In this document: positions 49,833-63,080 of the stretch, piece by piece
How positions within the stretch are numbered: position 1 is the first letter of the stretch
How the letters are laid out: each line of letters opens with the position of its first letter
Assembly (NCBI GenBank): GCA_038087875.1
Contig: CM075988.1
Location: forward strand, 2,108,001-2,172,000
Direction of reading: 5' to 3'
Length of the DNA stretch: 64,000 bases
Source of the DNA: Malacoraja senta
Lineage: Eukaryota
The notes under the pieces: generated by a model
Told to the model about the DNA's origin: nothing
Database searches by the model: none
The model's input: the letters and a program-made list of their open reading frames with translations, nothing else
Program-made: the position numbers and the translations under genes

Positions 49833-50825
49833 GGCCCCCTCCCGAGGCACCGCTCACACCTCCCACCCTCACCTCCGGCGGCTCTGTGTCCGGCGGCCGC
49901 TCTGTCCACACCGCATGGAGTTTTAACCCTGGCCCGGAGTCAGGAGGGGACCGGGTGAATGGGGACGTCGGTGCCGCCTCCGGAGTCGCGGGGATGAATC
50001 TCGGGCTATAGCTCCACTCCTATGCCCGACACCCGGGTCACTGTCCCTCACCTCCCCCGGACCCCCGGGTCACTGACCCCTCACCTCCCCCAGACCCCAG
50101 CTGGACACAGAGCACCTGGGCCGGCTCGCATTCCCGGGGAGGGGGGGAGAGAGGAAAATGCTCCCCGGACATCGCCAAGTTTCCGCTCACTCCGGGTATT
50201 GTCGTCGCTTCACTGACACACACTCTCACACACAACCGAACACACACCCTTACACACACACTGGCACACACAATGTTTAAAGGGATATGGGCCAGATGCG
50301 GATAAATGGGACTAGTTTAGATGGCAGTGTTGGCAGCCCTGAAAATGGATCGGAGCAAAAACATTGAGAAATTTAAAAGCAATTTGCCATGATTGATAGT
50401 GACGTTCTTGAAGCAATAGACAATAGACAATAGGTGCAGGAGTAGGCCATTCGGCCCTTCGAGCCACTACTATATGAGGAAGATTATTTGTGTCTACCTC
50501 TTTTATCGCTGTTTAATTTCTTCCTCCATTTATGATTATGAGGCAGGTCTGTGAAGCTTTGAAGTGGTCCACTGGTTCTGGGATTGCTTAGATCTGCCAG
50601 CTGCATACTCTTTTATGCCGTCTAGGCAGCTTATTTTTAGGTCTGCCAGGTGCTCCTCCAAGGATGTCACTCTGCACCCCTCACTGGTGAGATTGATTTC
50701 CTTGACTTTAATGTTAGAGTGAGGGTTATGGCGAGCTCCAACAGATTGTGACAAAGTACATTGCTGCTGCTCATGGTCCACAGCATCTCGTAGATGCCCA
50801 GATTCATCAGTTGTCAGTTCTCTGA

Positions 50826-51160
50826 ATCATAGAGTCATAGAGTCAAATAGCGTGGAAACAGGCCCCTCGGCCCAACTTGCCCATGGTCCATAACCCTCTA
50901 AATCTATCCTATCCATATACCTGTCCAAATGTCTGTTAAATGTTCTGATAGTACCTGCCTCAACTACCTCTTCCGGCACTTTGTTCCATGTACTCACCAC
51001 CCTTTGTGTAACAAAATTACCACTCAGATTCCTATTAAATCTTTCTCCCCTCACCTTAAACTGTCCTCTGGTTGTCGATTCCCCTATTTTGTGCGTTTAC
51101 CTGATCTATCCCTCTCATGATTTGTACACCTCTATAAGATCACTCCTTATTCTTCTGCAT
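50826..51160 (-). mobile_element. CR1 3' fragment
   Basis: RGERFNRNLSGNFVTQRVVSTWNKVPEEVVEAG. Confidence 0.8.
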
Positions 51161-51639
51161 CAGCTCTCTGAGTCATTGCTATTTAGCATGGGACACACCA
51201 CATTGCAGAATGTTGTTGGTGTGAAGTTTTGACTGGATAGCTTGCAAACAAAATCTTGGTCCATGAGACAATAATATACCAATACCAATATGGGACTCAA
51301 TCCTGACAAGGGTCGTGTAGTGGTCACTCCTACTAATACAGTCATGGACGGATGCATTTTCTAAAAGCAGAATTAGGCTATCAAGTCTGCTCTGCCATTC
51401 AATCGTGGCTGATTTATCTCTCCCTCCTAACCCCATTCTTCTGCCTTCTCCCCATAACCCCTGACACATTTGTAAAAGGCAAATTAGTAAGTAAGAAGTT
51501 CAATAAGTTTAACCCTCACAAATCCCATCAAGGCGGCTGGATAGTTCTTTGCATGCATTAGTGTGAGCCACATTGGATGTGGCATCTGGGTTAAGGGCAT
51601 CTCCTTGGTGCTTGGTAGGAGCTTGGCTAGTTTGCGTGT

Positions 51640-52670
51640 TGCTTGTGACAAGAGGGTAACCTGGGAGAAGGTAGGACCTCTCGAAGATAAAGGAGTGAAT
51701 TTATGCTTGTAGTCAGAGTATGTAGGCTAGAAGCTAAACAAGTATCTTCCATTTGTATGCATGAAACAGAAGAACATGGGGGACAGTAAGATCAGTATGG
51801 GGCATGCTAATGTGCTCGGGCAGATTGAGATCAAGAAGGAGACAGTGTTGGAAATCTTGCAAATCATTAGGGTGGATAAATCCCCTGGAGCTGATGGGAT
51901 CTATCCCAGGTTAATGAGAAAGGTAAGAGAGATTTCAGGGCTACGCAATCCTCTTTAGCCACAGGCACAGTCTCAGAGGACTGGAGAGTAGCCAGTGGTG
52001 TTCCTTGGGAGGGAGGTAGAGATAATCCACAAAATAATGGGCAGTGAATCTCACGTTACTGTTCAGGAAGCTATTGGAGAGGAATCTTCGGGATAACAAT
52101 TATTTCCATTTGGAATGGGATAATTAGAGACAGTTAGAGGCTTTGGCCACAGCAGGTCGTGTTTCACTAACTTGATTGCGTTAATTTAGGAGGTGACAAA
52201 GGTGATTGTGGGTAGGATAGTGGATGTTGTCCACATGGATTTTTATTAGCTATTTGATAAAGTCCCTTGTGGTCAGCTGATCCAAAAAATGAAGATACAT
52301 AGAATCCACGGTAATTTGGTAGTTTGGATTGAGAACTGGATTACTCATTGAAGACAGTGGTGGAAGGGTGAGATTTTGGCTGGAGTTCTGTGACCAATGT
52401 GAAAGGATCTGTGCTGGGACCTATTTTCCTTGTGATGTATTTAAATGACTTAGACTAAATGTAGATTTTACGTTAGTAAGTTCGAAGACGACATCAAATT
52501 GGTGGAGCTGCAAACAGTGAAGAAGGCTTGTGAAGGATCAGTTACACATGGTCAGGGAAAAGGCAGATAGAGTGTACTTAAAGCAAGTGTGAGGTATTTC
52601 CCGTTGGGATGTTGAATAGAAGGGGAAATTATTTAGTTAATGGCAAGACCCTCAGCAGCATTGATGTTCA
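51640..52670 (+). mobile_element. Old CR1 RT fragment
   Basis: VDKSPGADGIYPR, FDKVP, GSVLGP and FEDDIK remnants. Confidence 0.75.
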
Positions 52671-53519
52671 AAGGTTCAAAGGTCAGTTTATTGTCACATG
52701 TACCAATTAAGGTACAGTGAAACTCGAATTACCATACAGCCATACTAAAAAAATGCAACAAAACACACAACTACATAAAAGTTAACATAAACATCCACCA
52801 CAGCAGATTCCCCTTGTGATGGAAGGCAATAAAGTTCAATCTTATTCCTCTTTATACTCTCGCGGTCGGGGGAGTTGAACCATCCGCAGTCGGGGTGATC
52901 GAAGCTCCCGCGTCGAGGCGGTTGAAGCTCCCACGTCGGGATGATCGAGCTCCCGTGTCGGGGCGATTGAAGCTCCTGCGGCTCAGAGCTCCCGAAGCCT
53001 GTCCCTAATCAGGAACAGCGAGCTCCACGATGGTAAGTCCGCAGGCTCCCCGCGGTTGGAGCTACCGAAGTTGGTCTCCAGCAAAGGCCGCCAACTCCTC
53101 GAGTTAGGCCGCAATGCGGACGGAGATACGATACGGAAAAAAATGTTGCATCTCCTTTGAGGTAATAGACTAAAAAAAGATATAAGGCATGAGTTGGTCA
53201 TGGTAGACGGAGAAATCACATGTAAAGGTATGTTAGTACATAAACAAACATGGTTTACCACAAAGTATGTATTCCTTTAACACACAAAATCATAACAAAT
53301 GTGGTTTAGTTATGACTAGGAGAAGTTATGGCAATAGACCAAGAACAAGGCTGAAAGTGTTTCCAAAAACAACAGTAAGCCTGAGGATACACAAGGAACT
53401 GCAGATGCTGAAATCTTGAGCGAAACACAAAGTGCTGGAGGAACTCAGCAAGTCAGGCAGCATCTGTGGAGGGAATAAATGTCATGTTTCAGTCTGACGT
53501 TCAGAGTCTGAAGTTTTAA

Positions 53520-53935
53520 TCTAAAGGGTTCGCTCAATCGTGTGTCAGACGACGTTCTGCCATCGCTTTGCCACAGCCAGTGCCACATCTGTGCCTCTGT
53601 GGAGATTGTCCACAGTGCATGTGTCTCTGCCGTAAGTCAGTAGGTGGGCCATGGTCTGTACCTCTCCACAGTTGCACTTGTCAGAGTTCGAGAGGCCCCA
53701 CTTCTTCAGGTTGAGTCCGCAACGTCCCACTCCAGTGCGGAGGCGTTTAGCGCTTTCCAGCTAGTAAAAGGCAGGTGGTGTCCTGGTGCCATCTGTTGTT
53801 TAGTTTTGGTCCCTGGCACGGTTGGCTCTAGTTCCATGAAGCTGTTCCGACTCTTCAGGCGTTTTTTGGCATGTTGGTGATTGTGCAAGGGGTGGCGGGG
53901 GTCTGTGTCGGCATCTGAAGGGTCCCAACCTGGAA
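53520..53935 (-). mobile_element. 3' fragment of a Vingi/Ingi-like (I-group) non-LTR element
   Basis: DPRHPL..KKRLKSRNSF, WKALN, GRCGLNLKKWG..DKCNCGEVQTMAHLL (degenerate C-terminal zinc knuckle). Confidence 0.5.
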
Positions 53936-54124
53936 TGGTACCAACCCATTCCATCCACTGATGCTGCCTGACCCGCTGAGTTACTCCGGCATTGTTTCAC
54001 AATAAGCCTGAGGGTTGGGAACACAGAATCAGCAGAGGAAGACCAAGAAATGGATTAGGAAAGGGGGAGATAGAATACAATGCAATATGGTAGGAATCTA
54101 AAAACAGACTCCAAAAGCTTTTGA

Positions 54125-55440
54125 AGGAAACACAAAATGCTGGAGCAAATGAGCAAGTCAGGCAGCATCCCTTGAGAACATGGATTACAGACGTTTTGGG
54201 TCAGGACCATGCTTCAGACTGATTGCAGGGATGGGGGGGGGGAGGGAAAGAAAGCTAGAAGAGTGGAGGGGCAGGACAAAGCATGGCAGGTCATAGGTGA
54301 ACACAGGCGAGGGGGGTTTGGTAAGCAGATGGTTGGATAAAGGCCAGAGATGAACATACACAAGGTGTAAAACAAAAGGATTAGAGAGTTGCAAATTGCA
54401 AAGCTAGAGGATTGACACGGTGTGAATAGTTTGTGAGTAGGAGGGGGATGGGAGTGATAGGTCAGCCGGGGGAGGGGGGGAAGGGAAGGGAGGGGGGGTT
54501 GTTTTGTAGAGGTGACCTAAAGTTGGAGAATTCAATGTTCATATCACTGGGTTGTAAGCTACCCAAGCAGAATTTGAGGTGCTGTTCCTTCAATTTGCGT
54601 GTGGCCTCACTATGGCAATAATAATAATAATATATTTATTTGTATAGCACGTTTAAAAACAACTCACGTTGACCAAAGTGCTTCACATCCGTGCAGGTAC
54701 TAATTTGATACATACAACGGTACACAGACCCAACAATACATACATAAACTGTTTACAGCGCCCCTTCAGAGGGGCTCAAAAACGCTAGGGAGTAGAAATA
54801 GGTTTTGAGTCGTGACTTGGAGGAGACCTCTGGCAGAAAGGTCAATGTGGGAATGGGAAGGGTCATTAAAATGCTTGACAACCGGGAAATCCAGTAGGCT
54901 AATGTGTTCAGTAAAGCATGTGTTCAGCAAAACGGTCGCTGAGTCCACATCAGGAACACTGGATGCAGTAGATGAGGAGGTGCACGTGAACCTCTCTGTC
55001 ACCTGGAAGGACTGCTGGGGTCCCTGGATGGAGGTGAAGCAGGGAGGAGGTGTAGGGTCGTGTTCTATTTCCCGTGATTGTAGTGGGAAGTATCTGGGGA
55101 GAGGGTGGTTTAGATGGGAAGAGATGAGGGAGTCCAGAAGTTGCAGCGGGAGCAGTCTCTGCGGAAGGCAGAATGGGGTGGAGATGGGGAGATGCGATAA
55201 GTGGTGGGATCATGTTGGAAGTGACAGAAATAGGGGAGGATGATATGTTGGATGCAGAGGCTGGTGGGGTGAAAGGTGAGGACCCAGGGAACTCTATCCT
55301 TTTTGCGTCTGGGGGAGGGGGAGCAAGAGCAGAACTACGACACACAGAGGAGACGTGGGTGAGGGATCCATCGATGACAGAAGGGGGGAAATCAAATTTA
55401 CTAAAGAAAGAGGACATCTTGGAAGTCCTTGAATGGAAAG
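54125..55440 (-). mobile_element. Penelope-like element fragment, interrupted by an L2-like tail (~54617-54820)
   Basis: TFHSRTSKMSSFF, RFTCTSS, PVVKHFN.PSHSH, LRFCLGSLQP..MNIEFSNF. Confidence 0.75.
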
Positions 55441-56227
55441 TATTTGTAGCTACAAAAAGTAAAAGATTAACTGAAGTTATGCTCGATCCCTGTTGACTGA
55501 CACAGCAAAAAGCAGAGGTCATACAAATCTTTTGTCTTTGTGTTCGCTGGAGAGGGAGAAAATTTCCAAAAGTTGTGGACAAGAACGTGGAGGAAGATCT
55601 GGAATAAAGTAAGAGTTAAAGAAGTAGCAGTGGAGAAAATAATGGGCTGTAAGCCACCACACCCACAAGGCTTTGTGAAAGGTGGTTATGGTGATTATAG
55701 ATGCATTTTCTTTTAATTGCCAGATTATTTAAACGTAAATTTAAATTTCATCGGGGCCATGGTAAGATTTAAACATATTGCTGTGCGCTACATCTAGTGC
55801 TCTGGGTTATTCGTCTGCAACACTAATGTGGCTGTTATTTAGCGGTCCTGGGTAAGAATATCCTTTTGGTTTCCATTCCAAAACTAAGCAAAGGTATCAG
55901 CATTGAAGTAAACTACTTATGTACAGGGTTCTGGGCTTTGCTTGAACATTCTCACCACTCCTTCTAATAATCGGAATCACCCCTCAACACCAGCATCAGC
56001 TTATTGGCTCCTGCCCATCCCAAGAAGGTGGTGTTAGCACAGCACCCCCTCCTCCACCCACCACTTCTGCTCATTCTTTACCCATATTTGCATCTCCCAG
56101 TGTGGCCTCCTGTACCCCATGCTCAGAAGCTGCTGGCTGGTTTAGGTGAAGATAGCGAAACAAAGGGATGCTAGCCTCAAAGTTTGGGAGTGCGGTGTAT
56201 GACCGTATAGGCATGAGGAATAGTGCA

Positions 56228-56440
56228 GGAAGGAACTGCAAATGCTGATTTAAACCGAAGGTGGACACAAAAAGCTGGAGTAACTCAGCGTGTCAGACAG
56301 CATCTCTGGAGAAAAGGAATGGGTGACGTTTCAGGTCATGACCTGAAATCTGAGGAAGGATCTCGACCCAAAATGTCACCTATTCCTTTTCCCCAGAGAT
56401 GCTGCCTGATCTGCTAAGTTACTCCAACATTTTGTGTCTA
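56228..56440. repeat. Inverted pair of Penelope terminal-repeat-derived sequences
   Basis: GACACAAAAAGCTGGAGTAACT...GGTGACGTTT (56264-56335) is complementary to AAAATGTCACC...AGTTACTCCAACATTTTGTGTC (56370-56438). Confidence 0.75.
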
Positions 56441-56939
56441 GTGAGGAATAGTTATTGGTACAATGATGCATGTATCAAGCATCCGACTGGAATGCTACGG
56501 ACTGGGTAGGGTCAAGCATGAGGCATAGAGCGATATGCTACAGAAACAGCCTTTGGTCCACTGTGTCCATGCCGCCCATCAGGTATCCTTCGATACTACT
56601 TCTATTACTCATTATTCGGCCCCTAGCTGTCGGTGCCGAGACATTTCATGTGCTTATTTAAACACTTCCTCAATGTGGTAAGAGTATCGGCCTCCACCAC
56701 CCTCTCAGGTAGTGCGCTTCAGATTCCAAACAACTTCTGGCTGAAGCATGTCTTCCTCAGATCTGCTCTAAATCTTTTGCCCCTTAACTTAAACCTTGTG
56801 AACTCTTTGTCTAGAAAAGCACTGCTGACAGAAATGGGGAGGGGTGGGAGCGAGAGGGGCAAGGGTGACGGTGGAGTGCCTTGGGCTCCTTAGGGAAAGA
56901 TATCTTTTAGGTATTCAAAATATACTTGGCATGTTTGAT

Positions 56940-57433
56940 TGAAAGATACGGCATGGAAACATGTCGTTCGGCTCACCATGTCCATGCTGAGTATCAATCA
57001 GCCATTTACAATAGTTCTATGTTATTCCACTTTCTTATCCACTTCCTGCACATTTGGGGCAATTTATTGTTTAATTAAACTATAAATCCATACGACTCTG
57101 TTTTTTCCCCACGTCCCGAAGACTTGCGGGTTAATTGGCCTCAGTAAAATTACCCCTAGTGTGTAAGCACTGGATGACAAAATTGGGATAACATAGAACC
57201 AATGTGAACGTGTAATTGATGGTCGGCGTGGACTTGGTGGGTTGAAGGGCCTGTTTCCATGCTGTATCTCTAAACTAAACTAGACTTTGGGATGGGGGAG
57301 GAAACCGGAGCACCCAGAGGAAACCCACAGGGAGAACATGCAAACTCCACACAACAGCAACAGGGTCAGGATCGAATCCGGATCTCCGACATTGTGAGGC
57401 AGCAACTCTACAAGCTGCACCACTGTGCTGCCC
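56940..57433. mobile_element. Cluster of V-SINE-like fragments in both orientations
   Basis: Head with GGATTCGATCC on the minus strand near 57370; plus-strand SINE tail at 57110-57280. Confidence 0.65.
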
Positions 57434-58006
57434 TAAAGAAAGGAAGAAATGTTCAATGCGCAAGAAGAAAGGGAGGCAGGGTTCCTATTTCACGCATCAT
57501 TATGAGCCGTCTTGATGGGGACTTGAGACAAAGCACCCAGAGGAGACCCACGCAGTCACATGGACAACACGGAAGCTAACTCCTTTACCGCAATGGTGAC
57601 TTGCACTGAATGCAGACCCAAACAGGGCTTCAGGTCTAGACTCCACTTTGATCACTTTTGGTGGAGAGTATTGCAATGGTTTCATGAAAATTTAAAAAAA
57701 CACAGAAATTCTGGAAACAAAAGCAGAAAGTGCTGGAAATACTCAATAGGTCAGATTGTTGATGGTTTCTCTTTCTACAGTTGTTGCCTGACCTGCTGAA
57801 TGTTGGCAGAATTTTGTGCTTGGTGATGTGGTCTTGCAGTGCCCTCCAGTGGTAAAATGATCACTCTAGCATCTGCAGTTCTTTCTTTAACACTGTAGCA
57901 TTTAGTGTGGGAAGGAACTGCAGATGCTGGTTTAAACCGAAGATAGACACAAAAAGCTGGAGTAATTCAGCGGGCCAGGCAGCATCTCTGGAAGGAAGGA
58001 ATGGGT

Positions 58007-58034
58007 GACGTTTCGGGTCGAGACCCATCTTCAG
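58007..58034 (-). ncRNA. Minimal hammerhead ribozyme core, Penelope-type
   Basis: CUGAAGA-U-GGGU-CUCG-ACCC-GAAAC-GUC: CUGANGA box, 4-bp helix II, GAAA box and palindromic ACGU before the cleavage triplet. Confidence 0.7.
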
Positions 58035-58536
58035 ACTGGTTAGAGATAAGGGAAATGAGAGATATAGACGATAATGTAGAGAGATAAAGAACAATGAAAG
58101 AAAGATGTGTTAAAGAAGGAACTGCAGATGCTGGAAAATCGAAGGTACACAAAAATGCTGGAGAAACTCAGCGGGTGCAGCAGCATCTATGGAGCGAAGG
58201 AAATAGGTAACGTTTTGGGCCGAAACCCTTCTTCAGACTGATAGGGGGTGGGGAGAAGAAAGGAAAAAGGCGGAGGAGGAGCCCGAGGGCTGGGGGAGGG
58301 GAGGAGACAACCAGATGGCTGATAAAGGGGAGGGGACAGCAAGGGCTAGCAGAATTGGGAGAATTCAATGTTCAAACCCCCAGGATGTAGACTGCCCAAG
58401 CGGAATATGAGGTGCATTTCCTCCAATTTACGGTGTTGCTCGCTGTGGCCATGGAGGAGACCCAGGACAGAGAGGTCAGATACGGAATGGGAGGGGGAGT
58501 TGAAGTGCTGAGCCACCGGGAGTTCAGGTTGGTTAT

Positions 58537-58750
58537 TGCCACAGAATGTAGTTGAGGCCAGTTCATTGGCTATATTTAAGAGGGAGTTAGATGTGGCTCT
58601 TGTGGCTAAAGGGATCAGGTGGTATGGAGAGAAGGCAGGTACAGGATACTGAGTTGGATGATCAGCCATGATCATATTGAATGGCGTTGCAGGCTCGAAG
58701 GGACGAATGGCCTACTCCTGCACCTATTTTCTATGTTTCTATGTTTCTAT
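58537..58750 (+). mobile_element. CR1 3' end inserted in the Penelope element
   Basis: Near-identical to 31765-31967; (TTCTATGT)n tail. Confidence 0.88.
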
Positions 58751-60086
58751 AAGAGTCCACATCTTGAACAACGGATACAGCAGATGAGGTTGGAGGAGGT
58801 GCAAGTGAACCTCTGCCTAACCTGAAAGGACTGTCGGATGCCCTGGACAGAGTCGAGGGAGGAGGTATAGGGACAGGTGTTGCATCTTCTGCAGTTGCAG
58901 GGGAAGGTACCTGGGGAGAGGGTGGTTTGGGTGGAAAGGGATGAGTTATCCAGGAGGTTGCAGAGGGAATGTTCTCTGCGGAAGGTGGAAAGGGGTGGAG
59001 ATGGGAAGATGTGTCTAGTAGCGGGATCACATTGGAATGGCGGAAATGTCAGGGGATTATGTGTTGTATGCGACGGCTGATGGGGTGAAAGGTAAGGACT
59101 AGGGGGACTCTGTCTCTGTTGGGGAGGGGGTGCAAGGGCGGAGGAGACACGAGTGAGGGCCTCATTTATGATGGGAGAGGGGAACCTCCGTTCCCAAAAG
59201 AATGAGGACATCTGTCGTAGTGTAGAACACCTCTTCTTGGGCGCAGATGTGGTGTAGACGGAAGAATGGGAGTAAGAAATATAGTCTTTGCAGGAAGCAG
59301 GGTGGGAAGAAACCGATCAGTTGTCAGCCTTTCTCCCACCCTCACTTTTCTTCCAGCTGTCTCTGTCCTATTACAATCAGTCTGAAGAAGGTTCCTGGCC
59401 TGAAACATCGCCTTTCCATGTCCTCCGATGCCTATCCTGTGAGTTACTCCAGGACTTTGTATTTTAGTTTATAACTTTGGTGGATTGTGTATGAAAGAAA
59501 TATATAGAACGAAATAGGAGCAATGTCCGCATGAGTCTGCTCTGCCACAGAGTAAGCCCATGGCTGATCTGTTTGTTAGCCTTAAATCCACTCTGTCTGA
59601 TCTCTCTAATACTTGTTCCCCAATCATTTTAGAAGTTAACCGTTGCCATGGATACATCCAATAATCTACTATCCACAGCTCTCATTGATAAGGAATTCTG
59701 AAGAGACACAACTTAATGAAAATGGGAATTTCTCCTTATCTCCATCTCACTGAGGTGGTCTCAGGCTGAGACTGCATTAGGGCTGAGATTGCAAAGGGAA
59801 GAAGGCCAGTTTATAAGACGTGAGAGGAAGGGGTGAGTCAGAGGCAGGCAGGTGAAATAAAATGAGGGGGGGGGGTGCACAATGTACAGATGGAGCTAAG
59901 GGAGGGAATTGTTGAGAGATAGTGTCTGGTTGGTGGAATCAGATAGGCAGGGGTGATGGGCAGATGGAACTAGGTGGGATGACGCAGATTCATCACCACC
60001 CCTCCCCTCCTGGTTCTGTCTGCCCATCACACTCCACCTGAGTCTCTTCTCCTTTGGTGCACCTATCCTTGAGATGCTGCCTGACC

Positions 60087-62023
60087 CATAGACATAGACA
60101 TAGAAAATAGGTACAGGAGGAGGCCATTCGGCCCTTCGAGCCAGCACTGCCATTCATTGTGATCATGGCTGATCGTCCCCAATCATTAACCCGTGCCTGC
60201 CTTCTCCCCATATCCCTTGATTCCACTAGCCCCTAGAGCTCTATCTAACTCTCTCTTAAATCCATCCAGTGATTTGGCTTCCACTGCCCTCTGTGTCAGG
60301 GAATTTCACAAATTCACAACTCTGTGGGTGAAAATGTTTTTCTCACCTCAGTCTTAAATGGCCTCCCCTTTATTCTAAGACTGTGGCCCCTGGTTCTGGA
60401 CTCGCCCAACATTGGGAACATTTTTCCTGCATCTAGCTTGTCCAGTCCTTTTATAATTTTATATGTTTCTATAAGATCCCCCCTCATCCTTCTAAACTCC
60501 AGTGAATACAAGCCTAGTCTTTTCAATCTTTCCTCATATGACAGTCCCGCCATCCCAGGGAACAATCTCGTGAACCTACGCTGCACTGCCTCAATCACAA
60601 GGATGCCCTTCCTCAAATTAGGAGACCAAAACTGTACACAATACTCCAGATGTGGTCTTACCAGAGCCCTATACAACTGCAGAAGAACCTCTCTACTCCT
60701 ATACTGAAATTCTCTTGTTATGAAGGCCAACATTCCATTAGCTTTCTTCACTGCCTGCTGTACCTGTAAGCCAACTTTCAGTGACCGTTGTACAAGGACA
60801 CCCAGGTCTCGTTGTACCTCCCCCTTACCTAACCTAACCCCATTGAGATAATAATAATCTGCCCCCTTGTTTTTGCCACCAAAGTGGATAACCTCACATT
60901 TATCTATATTATACTGCATCTGCCACGCATCTGCCCACTCACTCAACCTGTCCAGGTCACCCTGCAACCTCCTAACATCCTCTTCACAGTTCACACTGCC
61001 ACCCAGCTTTGTGTCTTTCGCAAACTTGCTGGTGTTGCTCCTAATTCCCTCTTCCAAATCATTAATAAATATGGTAAACAGTTGCAACCCCAACACCGAG
61101 CCTTGCGGCACTCCACTCACCACTGCCTGCCATTCTGAAAAGGACCCGTTCACTCCTACTCTTTGCTTCCTCTCTGCCAACCAATTTTCTATCCATGTCA
61201 ACACCCTACCCCCAATACCATGTGCTCTAATTTTAGTCACCAGTGTGGGACCTTATCAAAGGCTTTCTGAAAGTCTAGATACACTACATCCACTGGCTCC
61301 CCTTCATCCATTTTACTTGTCACATCCTCAACAAATTCCAGAAGATTAGTCAAGCATGTTGACTTGGACTAATCCTTTTACTACTATCCAAATGCCCCAT
61401 TATTACCTCTTTAATATTGACTCCAGCATCTTTCCCACCACCGAAGTCAGGCTAACTGGTCTGTAATTCCACGTTTTCTCGCTCTCGCTCCTTTCTTGAA
61501 AAGTGGAATAACATTAGCTATCCTCCAATCCACGGGAACTGATCCTGAATCTATTGAACATTAAAAAATGATCACCAATGCGTCCACTATTTCTGGAGCT
61601 ATCTCCCTGAGAACCCTGGGATGCAGACCATCAGGCCCAGGGGATTTATCATCCTTCAGTCCCATTAGCCTACCCAATACTATTTCACGCCTAGTGAAAT
61701 TTTCTTTCAGTTCCTCGACCCCCTTAGATCCTCTGTCCTCCAGTACTTCTGGGAGATTGTTTGTGTCTTCCTTAGTGAAGACACATCCGAAGTACCTGTT
61801 CAACTCTTCTGCCATTTCCTTGTTCCCCATAATAATTTCACCCGTGTCTGCCTTCAAGGGACCCACATTTGACTTTGCTATTCTTTTTCCTTAACATATC
61901 TAAAGAAGCTTTTACTGTCCTTCTTTATATTCCTGGCCAGCTTCCCCTCGTACTTCATCTTTTCAGCCCGTATTGTCCGTTTTGTTTCCTTCTGTTGTCC
62001 TATGAAAGTTTCCCAATCCTCTG
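60087..62023 (-). mobile_element. CR1 LINE, 5'-truncated; same subfamily as 10715-20058
   Basis: RT ORF 60314-61240; long stretches match the 10.7-18.8 kb copy almost base for base. Confidence 0.92.
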
Positions 62024-62397
62024 ACCCGCTGAGTAATTACTGCGGTTATTAAGACAAATGTAAGACTGGGTATTCTGTGCTAAATTACTTGCCTCCTCAC
62101 ATCTCACACTCTTTCCATCATCCCAAAAGTGCACGTCAGTACTGTGGTGGAATATGTTCCATTTGCTTGGATGAGTGAAACCCTCTCAATACTCAAGAAG
62201 TTTGATATCCATGACAGAGAAGTATTGAGAATGGGCTGCTCTGAACTTGAATCCTACCAGCATGGTGCACCATAGTTGACGTGCGGGTGCAACACTACTC
62301 CCATCAGCTGCAGGATGCAGTAAACACTCATTGCCTCGGGGTGGTGCTGCTGAGTACACAGGCACAGTACCACACACTGCCAGGCAGTGGCAGTGCA

Positions 62398-63080
62398 GAT
62401 AGACAAAAAATGCTGGAGTAGGTCTGCAGGACAGGCAGCATCTCTGGAGAGAAGGAATGGGTGACGTTTCGGTTCGAGACCCATCTTCAGACTGAGAGTC
62501 GGGGAGAGGGAGACGTAGACATATGGAAGGGTAAGGTGTGAAAACAAGAGATCAAAAGGGACGATGCTCATGGAAAATGTAGAATAGATCATTATTAGCT
62601 GAAGGGAAGGTGACAACGAGGCATACAATCAGTTAAATGTAATCAGGAGGGCAGTCAAACTAGTCAGAGAATTAGGATGGGCAGGCTTGGAGAGAGAGGG
62701 AAAGCAAGGGTTATTTGAAGTTCAATATTCATATCGCTGGGTTTTAAGCTGCCAAAGCAAAATATGAGGCGCTGTTCCTCCAATTTGCATTGGGCCTCAC
62801 TCTGACAGGAGGAGGAGGCCCAGGACAGCAAGGTCAGTGTGGGAATTGGAGGGGGAAATTGACGTTTTAGCAACCGAGAGATCACGTAGGTCCAGGCGGA
62901 CTGAGCGGAGGTGTCCAACAAAATGATCGCCGAGCCTGCGCTTGGTCTCGCCGATATATAGGAGTCCACACCTGGAACAGCGGATACAATAGATGAGTTT
63001 GGAGGAGGTGCAAGTGAACCTCTACCTCACCTGAAAGGACTGTCAGGGTCCTTGGACAGAGTCGAGGGAGGAGGTAAAGG
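62398..63080 (-). mobile_element. Penelope-like element 3' fragment with terminal repeat
   Basis: RFTCTSSKLIYCIRCSRCGLLYIGETKRRLGDHF (GIY-YIG) and KLEEQRLIFCFGSLKP. Confidence 0.85.
62463..62490 (-). ncRNA. Minimal hammerhead ribozyme core, one helix II mismatch
   Basis: CUGAAGA-U-GGGU-CUCG-AACC-GAAAC-GUC. Confidence 0.55.

Larger units (their letters stand above)
57905..59290 (-). mobile_element. Penelope-like element (GIY-YIG region) with tandem terminal repeats, interrupted by a CR1 tail
   Basis: PGTFPCNCRRCNTCPY, RQRFTCTSSNLICCIRCSRCGLL, PVAQHFNSPSHS, RKLEEMHLIFRLGSLHPGGLNIEF. Confidence 0.85.

Noticed and set aside
60087..62023. Segmental duplication of the 10.7-18.8 kb region
   Set aside because: Similarity is confined to CR1 sequence and the flanks differ, so these are independent insertions of one subfamily
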